Shown here one piece after another: positions 12,165 through 22,700 of a stretch of DNA of 64,000 bases. The DNA is from Eukaryota sp. TZLM1-RC (taxonomy: Eukaryota > Protista > Metamonada: BaSk clade). Each line of letters starts with the position of its first letter. The stretch's first letter is position 1. A program made the position numbers and the translations under genes. The stretch spans positions 310,001 through 374,000 of the forward strand of contig JAUPSS010000012.1 in assembly GCA_040285825.1 (NCBI GenBank), given 5' to 3'. The notes beneath the pieces are model-generated. The model saw nothing but the letters and a program-made list of their open reading frames with translations, ran no database searches and was not told where the DNA came from.

Positions 12165-13084
12165 CCTTCGGTGATCCCAAAGGATTAGTTCTGTTATGAT
12201 ATAAACAATTACCTCGGCAAAATTTGGTTAGTGGCTGAGTTATCAATCGTTGCAAATTCATGCTTTATATGGCTCAAGAAGAACAATATTCCTGTACTAA
12301 AAGCTGCATGAAATGCAGGATCAGAAAACTTATATGACATTGAAACAAAAAACAATTTATTGAACTGCGACATTTGATAAATGTCATTCTTATTCATTTA
12401 TTGCTTTAACACTATCAAGGACAACAGTTCCACTTGATAACAATTGTTCAATCGAAGATCTCATTCAAAAATGCAAAGATATCCCCGTATTGACAAATCA
12501 GAAAGTCATCTTATTAAGAGGAGATGAAGAAATCTCAGTTTTTAGTATATCTGAACTTGAATGGTCTAGAGTTCCGAAAACTCTTCAAATCTTTGGGAGA
12601 AAAGTGAAAAGAAGCGGTGTAACAACAGAGGGACAATACTAAGTAAGATAATGTCCAATTCCACCAAATATGACAATTATATATTGAGGGTGATTGCCTT
12701 TTTCAGTCATTATTACTGTTGCTCGATATAGCATGTTCAAAAAATGCATATCATACACAGTAAGCGGGGAATGGGTGCTTGGAACATTTGGCCTCTGAAT
12801 TTTGCAAATGAGAAGAAATTGTTATTTTAATAGGGACCAACGACAAGAGAAAATGAATTCAACAAATGATAGATCATCTACAGGTGTTTGATGGCATTCT
12901 TATACAGTCGATCCAAACAATTATTTTTTAATTATTCACAAGTGTCTTGAAATTTTGATACACCAATTCATTATGATTCTGGGAGCAATTCGTTAAATAT
13001 TGTTCTATTTTATTATTGGAAGATCTACCATCATTTATTGACCATCCCAATAGTAGATGAGGATTAACTGGAGTAAAGTCTTTT

Positions 13085-13195
13085 CTTCGGAGTGGGTATG
13101 TTGAAGGTGTTTTCTCATGCTTTGCTTTCCCTTAAATTTCACTATGAGAGAGTTGCATTTGGTTGTTTTGTATTGGGAGAAATGGCTTAAATCAA
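13085..13195 (+). mobile_element. Short 3' fragment of CRE-like family 3
   Basis: Translates GMLKVFSHALLSLKFHYERVAFGCFVLGEM, matching GMLKMVSDALLSLGSHYERVASSVFVLGEM at 7624-7926. Confidence 0.7.
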
Positions 13196-13437
13196 TTAAT
13201 TTTATACTACAATGAAACTTATTAGCAGAGGCATATACAATATTTTTGATCACAATTTTTTTGTTGAAGAACAACGATAGAGGTAAGGTTATCAGAAAAT
13301 GTGACAATTTTTCTCTTCCTAGTGAAATTTCGATCATCAAATTCTTCAAAGCGGTCAACATTTATATCAGCAGCTCAATTCAGTGAACTATTCTGATTTC
13401 TCGATAATGGAAATCAATCAAATTTTCCTCCTTCCCA

Positions 13438-14652
13438 ATGGGAACTTCCAATCGTAACATTATTGTACTGTTCTTTGAGTTTCTATTCAAACACAAACTA
13501 TCTTCTTCAATCACGTCAATCCTGGTCCATCTTGCTTTGCTTCTGGTAACAGGCGTCTCAATTGGTCTTTCTGTGTTCTCCTTTCTGTATGATTCAAAAC
13601 TATACAACTTCATTGGTTTTTGGTTTTTATTAGCTGCTTTCCTTGTCATCTTGGCGATTAGGCCCACTCTCTCCCAGATAGTCTTCCCTGATGTCACTCC
13701 GGTCCCTTTCAGCTCCCGAATCTCTGTAATCCTCATAATCGCTGCATTTCCTTTCTTCATCTCCATGATGTCGCATTTGTTTCTTTATCTGATAACCTTT
13801 CCTCTATCGTTGTTCTTTACCGAACCTTGGGAAGATTTCTCTTATGGCTATTGCTTCAATGCCAGTGGTTTCTGCAATATTTACCATGATGTGGATTGGA
13901 GTTTCACCTTCATTCCTCTTCTCATATACGGTCTTTTCATACTTGTTTCTTTCTTCATCACTATCCCAATCATCTTCTTGGTTTTTGGAAGCATGGTAAT
14001 GGGTTGTCTATGGGTCGTTTATGACGACGATGATGATGATTTTTTCGATTCAATCCCCATTGTCTGGACTTCTTACACGGGCTGCTTACATGTCAAGCAC
14101 AATAACTTTGTTTGTTTAATCAGCACAATTTGGTCATATTATCCAGGGTGTGTCGTTTTTTCCTTATCTATTTCTAGTTATGTATTGATTATTGTAAATA
14201 TTGCTTTTATTTCCAATTTTTCAACACATTATGTTTTTATTATTTTACTATTTCTTTTACCATTTTATAATATCTGGCGATTGCGATTGATGCGAGAGGA
14301 GTGTGAATTTGAACATTCCATAATTAAATCCTGGTATGGATATTTTGTTACAATTACTGGATTTTCTTTGTTTTTGATGGCAAATTATTTAGGAAGAGCT
14401 TTTGTTGTTCTTTTAAAATTAATATTTGATACTTGTTTTATGGAATCTCTTTGTGATTTTTTTCCTGATCAATATAGCTTTGCCGAAAACTTAGCTTCAC
14501 TATTAGTTTTGGTTGTGGTGTCATTGGTTGTTGCCTTACTTGTACTAATTTACGCAAAGGTTTTTCAATGTTGTACACAATTCTGTAAAGAATTTAATGA
14601 ATTTGCTGAGGAAAACAGAGATACCAAGGATACTGATATTGTTTATGCATGA
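13438..14652 (+). CDS. Multi-pass membrane protein of unknown function (404 aa)
   Basis: Uninterrupted ATG-TGA ORF with many hydrophobic stretches; AATAAA downstream. Confidence 0.7.
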   Translation: MGTSNRNIIVLFFEFLFKHKLSSSITSILVHLALLLVTGVSIGLSVFSFLYDSKLYNFIGFWFLLAAFLVILAIRPTLSQIVFPDVTPVPFSSRISVILIIAAFPFFISMMSHLFLYLITFPLSLFFTEPWEDFSYGYCFNASGFCNIYHDVDWSFTFIPLLIYGLFILVSFFITIPIIFLVFGSMVMGCLWVVYDDDDDDFFDSIPIVWTSYTGCLHVKHNNFVCLISTIWSYYPGCVVFSLSISSYVLIIVNIAFISNFSTHYVFIILLFLLPFYNIWRLRLMREECEFEHSIIKSWYGYFVTITGFSLFLMANYLGRAFVVLLKLIFDTCFMESLCDFFPDQYSFAENLASLLVLVVVSLVVALLVLIYAKVFQCCTQFCKEFNEFAEENRDTKDTDIVYA

Positions 14653-15299
14653 AGATTTCGATGTTTAATAGATTGAGTTCGTGTTTTGTTCAGGTAAATG
14701 GAATAAAGAATTATTAATGATAAATAAATTTGTTTTTTCATGCAAAATAGTGATATATTCTATTCAGTGAGTTTTGTTGCCTTAATTTGTATGAAATTTT
14801 GTTAAAATCATAACTTGTCATAAACAGTTGAAAGCTTAAAATACTATGTGATATCATTTTGTTGGTTGAAAGATTTTTCCTTGAAAAATTTCCCAAAAAT
14901 TAACATATAATTTAAAGTATCTTGAACCAAGGCACAAAAACCAAGGTAATCTATCAATTATAGCAAATTGAAATAGTGACCGCCACAAGAAGAGATTATA
15001 CAAACAGAGTGAATTGAAGGTTGATTTATAAAAGTTCAACAATATATATATATAGGTAATTTATGAATCTATGGAGAGGGTGACTACGTTCAAAATTAGA
15101 AAAGATGCAGAAAATTACTCTTCTTTTCTTTTTTATAGCCTCTTTTTTTCTTAAAATTATGGTTAATTATATTTCACGTTTTTGTAAAATACTGTTACAG
15201 ATGCATTTTTTAACTAAGTATGTGTACATTGAATTATGTGTGTGAGAAAGTCCCTGTTAAAAGAATTACAATCATTGAATAGTTGTTGATTCTTCATCA

Positions 15300-15625
15300 A
15301 TAGGGGGGGGGGTGTTCGCCCTGTGGATTACCAAATTTGCCAATTGCTATATCGTTATATGGTCGTCGTGGAAAAACTGCCATAAATTTAAATGATGATT
15401 TTGAAAACCTTGTAAAAAGAAGAATGAATAAGCGTTTTGATCGTCGTTTGTGGTTAAATCGTATTGTCTTTACTATTTTCAAATCAATTCCTAAAATGAT
15501 TTTGAAAGCTTTGATGTCTGTTTATACATGACGAAAACATTGCTGCTGTGTGGTTTGATGGTGTGAAGCTTGTTTTGTTGATATTGATCTTTAGTCTGTG
15601 GTTTTGAAAATAAATTAAAATTATT
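15300..15625 (+). mobile_element. 3' fragment of CRE-like non-LTR element
   Basis: PIAISLYG...DDFENLVK...WLNRIVFTIFKSIP, an RLE C-terminus. Confidence 0.7.
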
Positions 15626-16314
15626 TTAAAACTGAAATTCATCATCTTGCTTTTTGTACATCTTTACAATACATTTGTGATGTTTCATTGTCTTCATTTA
15701 TCACACAATTACCCTTATTTAAGAAACATGGCTTCAAAATCAGAAATTATGAATGAGTTATCAGTATTAGGACGAGATTGTGTTGGTGGATTTTTGACTC
15801 TTTGTATGGTACAAATTGTATTGTCAATTTCACACAAATACTAATTTTCGCCAGGTCTTTAGTTGTTTCAAACATTTAAATCATCGACCAATGCTTGATA
15901 ATAGCCATTGTCATTGTAGTTGGGCAAGAGCAATGAATTTTTTCACCATAACAGAAGATCCAATTTTCTGTATTGGAGATTGTCCTATTCGTCACTAAAT
16001 GGAATTCCACTTTACTATTGTGCACCACTGTAACAAATTATCTAATTCAGATTACTGTAATTGGATTTTAATTTTTAGGAAATAGAAAAAAAGCTACAAT
16101 TCAGAAGCGTAAGGGCCACATAAATAATTCATTTAATAATTAATTAATGAATTGTTTGCTGCTTCTCTCTGGAAGTTTTGATTCAAGTGCAGAAGAATCA
16201 ATGGATTCCTTTTCGCAGTTGTGCAAGCACATTGGAATGACTCCCAACAGGAATTGCGAAAACAAATAAAACAAATAAAAAAATAAAAAAAAATAAAAAT
16301 ATAAGTTGATTATT

Positions 16315-17936
16315 ATTGAATATTGATTTCAAAATGCTTTCAGCTCTGTTTTTTGCTTAAACAATTTGCGAGAACTTGAACTTCATTTTCCCTCTCCTTT
16401 GCGATATGTTGAATTGATGTAAGTATCGTCTTCTAACCTGATTTTTAATTTTGAAAACAATCCTTCACCCAAAGGCGTCAAACAAGTGGGATCCTATGGG
16501 TCCATTTTTCTTTTGCTTAGCACTTCAATCAGTTTTAGCAAAATTCAAGATGGATTTTCCTGACATTCATTTATGTGGTGATGCAGATCATTTGTCACTT
16601 ATCGCTGCTGTGTCCCTTTTACAGCACGAATTGTAACATTTCGTTACTTTGTGCGAACAAAATGGGTTAGATATCAAATTGCCCAAATGTTTCATTATTG
16701 GTGCTCATACTGTTGAGACAGCATTTATAAAGACTTTCATCAAATTTATTGATTATCAAGCAGATGCAATTCGTTTCCTTGGCTCTGATTTTGAAAACAG
16801 TAAAGAAATTAAATCGATTTTAACTGGTATTTTGGAAAAAATTGAAGAGCAGCTTTTGGCTATTCAAGAGTTAAAAATACAAGCATTCAGCGTTTTTGGT
16901 CCTGAATGTGTGTTTTGGATCAAAAATTAATCGCCTTCTCCGTTCTTTATCCCCTACAATTTCACATGATTTTGCAAGTCAATTTAATTCTTTCAGATCC
17001 CATTTTTGGGGTAATTTGGTGAAAAGTTTTCCATTGCTTCAATATTTCGTATCACACATTTTTTAGTCTCAAGTTTGCTGGAGTTTGTATTTCAAAGCAA
17101 AATGTTAATGCAACAGTGCTTTAATTGGTGGTATGAAAAATTTTCTTTTTGAGTGGAAACTTCGGTTTTATTTATTAAGCGAATCACATTTGTTATTGAA
17201 GTCTCTTGAAAATAAGGTGCATGGATTACCTAAACATGTGTGAAATAAGTGTTTTTCTCCAAGTTTGCCTTCTGTTCCTTCGAGATCTGTGACTAATTTT
17301 CATCTTGCTGGTGTGAAATAAAAAAAGTCTGTTTTAAATGGTTTTGAAGACCTGGATTTTTCTAAACGACTTAGTGTGACTACGATTAATAATCCCATCT
17401 TTGCTGCCTTCTTGTCAGACATTCAAAATTGCCCTGGCTTTATTTCTCAGCAACCAAGGCTATGTGGTCTCCACCAAACAAATAAAACTTGGAAACAAAA
17501 TATGCGTTTGAGATTAGGCTGTGTTCAAGTGGATTTTTGAATAATTCTGCTTGTTTTTGCAAGGAAAAACCGTCTGCCAATTTCCTGTATATTGTGAGTT
17601 GTAAGAAGTTTCTTCAATATCGGTCAGTTCTTTATAATGCTGCTCGTTATGTGACATATGAAATGTTTAAGTGTTACAATTTCAGGTGCAAAGTAGAACC
17701 GTTGTTGAAGCATTATGGCGATAATAATTTGTTTGATTCTTGTCGTGGTGATTTAATTGCTCCTTTTGTCGATTCCTCTCAAGTTGTTGTTGATTTTACT
17801 ATTGTTGATCCCTTCGCTTTTATTTATCGTGATGGTGTCTTAATTAGTTCTAATGGTCACTTAAAGAAGACTGGCTCGTAAACGAAACAAAAATACTGAG
17901 ATATTAAATGATTTGAATAAGAACCTTTGCTCGCAG
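16315..17936 (+). mobile_element. Degenerate CRE-like non-LTR element (RT, thumb, RLE remnants)
   Basis: IDFKNAF, GVKQ.DPMGPFFFCLAL, IRFLGS, EPLL...RGDLI...DFT; many stops and frameshifts. Confidence 0.8.
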
Positions 17937-19310
17937 TTTTTTTTATTTGAGATATGAAATTTATTTTCAACGCTAACAATTCATTAAACAAAAAACTAGA
18001 ACTCAATATCGTCAATACACGCATCAACATCATCAAATCTTTTCAGCGCGCGATTTTCATAATGTATTCCTAATTGTAACAGTGCTTTGGTTATGATTTC
18101 TGGAATTGCTTTAAGTATACTAAAAACAATTCTATTGTGACAGAAATTAAAGTCCAATTCTTTTCTGCTCTTTCTTTTATGAAACATCAGAAACCTTCGA
18201 AAAATTTAATGTCAGACATTCCAATGTTACCAAAAAGAGAAACAGCAAACGGAACCAGCTGATACTTTACATGCTCAACACGTCTTAGCTGAGATAAGAG
18301 TTCATTGTACTTTTTGATTTTGCTCTTTTCGGCAAAGCAAGGTGGAGTTTCATCTTTTTAAGCAAAATCAATTGCTGAGTCTTGACAAACATCAGCAGTG
18401 ATAGCATCAAGAACATTAATCACACCATCAGTCAGAGGGGTAATTAAATCAGCACGGCGTTTCCCATAGGTATTTTCATCATTTTCAGATGACAACCTTC
18501 GCACAAGTGGTTCAACAAAAGCTTCAATGTGATGACTTTTGCACATAGCGTATAGTTGGTCTCTAACAGCATCTTGAACAACTGAGTGATATGTAATATT
18601 AAATTTGCAATTCAATAAATGATTGAGATTGATGAGCTGACCACAACGACAAATCAAATCATTTGGCACACTACATCGCCAGAGAAAACATCTCATTTTG
18701 AAGGCAGTTGTCCATTGATGATCATTTAATATTAGACCATATACATTTGGAATCTGGGAAATATGACAACTTGAGCTACTATCCTTGAGGTCAATTAAAA
18801 TATTTGCAAAAACGGGATTCTTTTCTTTAGCCAAGCTGAGACGAACAGTGAAATCCAAGTTTTCAAAAACTTTTAATATCTTTTTCTGCAATTTAGGAAA
18901 TTTGCAAATTTCAAGGAAATCAAACTCCTGGGTGTAATTTCTTGAATATCAGCAGGAAAGCATTTGGACCATGTGTGAGGAGAGATGCATTCAATTTCAC
19001 TCTGCAAGGACACTAAATAGTCACTAACACAACATTCTATTAAATGCTGGTTTTCAGGAAAACGTTTCAAAAATTCAAAGACGAATTTTTTCCTCCACCG
19101 ATGAATGCGGCTTTACACAAGTATTTTGATTTGTGAAAATCCAGGCCTCCCAATTCTGTGCTACAAAAAATATGACTACGTAAAAAAGAAGAATCAATAT
19201 CGAGCAAATTAGCCAAAAATTTTGTTCTTAATTCATTAAAAATTCTGCAAATTCGAGAGAAATGGATGGTGATGTTGATCGTAAAATATGAGTAAATCTC
19301 CCTGAATAAC
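17937..19310 (-). mobile_element. 5'-truncated CRE-like non-LTR family 2 copy
   Basis: Very similar to 61094-62430; CRCG..H..NC, EPL, RRAD; A-rich tail near 17937-17944. Confidence 0.9.
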
Positions 19311-19799
19311 TCATTTTTTGAAACGACTCAAATTACTTTTTACTTCTACTGAAAGTCTTCGGTTTTTGGGAAATGAGAAAGTACAAACAAAAAGTCGTGT
19401 GATTCGATCAGTATGGCTTCTTCAATGTCTTTGTCATAATTTCTATGTTTTTCCCTTTAAATTCAAGAGCTATACAAAATTAAGTATCATTCTCCAAAGT
19501 GTCATATTTGCTACATTACAGGAGACAAAGTCAACAATAGCTTCAGATTTATCAATCCAATCTAGTTATACATCACCTCTATCATAAGAACCAAAATTAT
19601 TCAATGACAGTGTTTCTTTGAGCAGGGGCTCATTAATACATAAAATTCTTGCATATTTTTTGTCATATTCAACAAAGTTTCTCTAACAGTATCATGTGAT
19701 GAAGAACGTTAAATTATCAATTTCAAACAATTAAGAGCATGACGCAAAGTGAACAGTGATAAGTAAGAACAAATACAAGTTTCCTTCTATAGAAGTTGA
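19311..19799 (-). mobile_element. Degenerate CRE-like family 1 fragment flanking element D
   Basis: Aligns by eye with 55195-55690 (acaaagtcaacaatagcttcaga...catcacctctatcat...cagcaggggctc). Confidence 0.8.
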
Positions 19800-22700
19800 T
19801 ATTGTACTGTGGACAATTAGTCGAGTCTAGACTTCACTAGTGATGGCCTTTATAAGGGCCAGCGAATTTCAATATCCTTATCCTTATCATGGCTTGCACA
19901 GCCATGATGTAAACAGTCCTTCTGAAAATGAGAGAAATCCTCCTACACAGAAGAGTTATGATTTTCCCGGGAACATTAGTCCTTCTATCGGGAAGAGTAA
20001 TCTTCCTCACAAGGAGAGTCCTTCCATTGAGAAAAGTAATCTTCCTCGTAAGGAAACTCCTCAGGAGAGTGAACTTCCCGCTCAGAAGAGCTTTGGCTCT
20101 CAGAAAGGAAGTCATTTTCCCAATAAGGAGAGGGATCATCACGGTGATGATGACTCAGAACTGTACGCACCTTTTCCGTACAATCCCTTGGAGATTCTTC
20201 CTTGTAGGAAGTATTTTTTGACTGCAAGCACACAACTTAAATATAGAGCGTGAGTAAACACGAACAATTCTAACGTGTGTACAGAGAGTGTAAGAGGTGA
20301 AGATGAGCAACAGTCCACGACTGTTTTTACACATAAAACTCCTTCTTCATCCATTTCTGATACTATCATAAGTAAAAGATTCCAAAGTGATTCCAAAAAA
20401 ACCCAAAATTTTCGACAGCAGCAGGAAAAACGACGAGAGTGACAATGAACCTCCTCGTCGAACCAACCCTTCCAATCCAACTCCAAGTTTTTCTTCTACG
20501 GAAGAACTTCTCAAGGTCTTTACCGAAGGACACTAGCATTGGCAGTTGAGGCTGTAACTAGGGATTTCTTATTGGATCTCACCGCCAATCCTCCCGATGA
20601 TATAATGAATTAGATAGACGATAAAATACTTTAAATGGCTAAAAATGAGTCAGAATGTTCTTTGGGAAACGTGGACCCAGCCGAAAGTGAGAAGGCCAGG
20701 CGCAATTATCTAGCTAAACGCTGGCTCTTTCTTTTTGAGAAAGCCCACGGCAAAACATTTGAGTCAAGTGACTTTACTATGTTCTTTACAAAATTTACGA
20801 TGAAGGTCCTAATCTATTGAAGAAATTGGATGATTTATCTGATTCGGTAGTCTTGTGTGGGATGACTGCAATTGAGGATTGCTATTTTAGTGCTCCTTGT
20901 TCAAAATATCAAGCTGCTACTTCCAGGCCTGCCAAATGGCATAAGAATGCGATTGATGACCACAAAATATATTTTAGTGGGAATCAAGATGCCTATGATG
21001 GGTTATTTTGGATATCTAAAATGTATCCACATAACCAGCAAGGTAAAAACCTTAGAAGCGTTGTAAGGCAATTCCTAGTGGAGAACGTTCACCCAAAAAA
21101 TTGCATTGCGGACATTTTGTTTATGCTGGGGGCAGATCTGATGAATCTCGAGGGGACACCCTTCAATTTCATGCCAAAGATTTTTGTGTTAGAGAAATAG
21201 ATACTATGGTAATTGAATTGAAAGAACAACGTGTTGGCCCTAACAAGTTAAAAATAATTTATCAAGATGCATAGATGGCAAAACTTCAGACATGGGTTAA
21301 TACTTGGCCTGACCAAAATGTTTTTGAAAATGTCTAAATGAAAAGCAGTTGCCTTCCATATGATCATAAATTAGCAGCAGGGGTCCCTAAAAGATCTAAA
21401 GATGGACCAAAATGGGTTGACTTAAGGCCACCAGCTCAAACTATCCATGTGCAGGAGGAACCTCCTAAGACAAAATTCATTATAAGGTTGAGCGAAACAT
21501 TGTCTTCAGACGAGAGGAACATGAATATTTATAGTAGACCTTCTGTAGGACCTCTAACATCTAGAAGAGCTTCTTGCGAAGTACCTCCTACACAAGCATT
21601 TGTAGTTAATCCCTTTTTACCAAAGCAACCCTTTGGAACGAATGTTCCTAAAAATTTTCCTGTCCATACCCTCTGCCTTTGCAAAACACCTGTAACAGAC
21701 GAGGAAAAATTAAGGAAAAAAACCAACGACAAATTTAGATGTCTTGCTAAGTTAAACGAAGCGATTGATGCAAAGAAGATTTTCGACTTCGTACTTAACT
21801 TTGGAAATTGATCAAAAACGGTTAGGGATCGCGATGAACCCATCAGAGCATTTACACTGATCACCAAATATGGTTAATTTATTCATCAGTACGACTTCGT
21901 TGAATCAATGTGTTTCGAAGTGGACCCTTTATATTTGAGATTGATGATCAAGGGTGAGGTTATCGCAGAATGTGTTAAGTTTGATGGAGGCCGAGCAAAT
22001 GTGTTAGGCAACAACCCATCTGATGCCAATATCTAGGAAAATTTGCTTATCAGCACCCAGTACAAATACCCATTCATTGTAGAAAAAGCCTTGAGGTCTG
22101 TAAGACCACCCGAAATCAGTCGTAGAATGAGCGCTGAATGTTCGTGGAGGACTTTCATAGAGCAGATTATCTATATAATAAGAAGCTCTACAATCCTGCC
22201 CGGAACAGATGGCATTCCGTCAGTCCTCTACCCAACCAAAAGATTTCTTGAAACCATTAACATAAAAACGAACAGCCAATTGATGGATACATATATCATT
22301 TGGTTTGACAATTTTAATACTAGTAATGAAAAACCGGTTGATGCGATTTACAATTTAGAAAGCATTTGTAAATAGGGGTAATAGCCTTGAATCCTCAATC
22401 AGAGAGATAAATTTGATTAGAACAGCTTTTGGTATTCACGCTCCTGCGCAAAAAGGACGAAGCCAGTCAAAGGTTCTTTTGAAAACCCTAAAAAGAGTTC
22501 TAGAAGTAGTCGACCCAATCTTTCAGAAAAATGGTGTAGCTTACGCAAAACCAATAAACATCCTTAAGATAAATGTTTTAAAATAGTGGAAAGACCGGGT
22601 TCACAAAAGTGTCAGGAAGGCGCAAAACGTGATAAAAACGTAGTACTACGTTAATTAGATGAATATACATTTTTGAATAATAACCTTACAAATAATTCAC

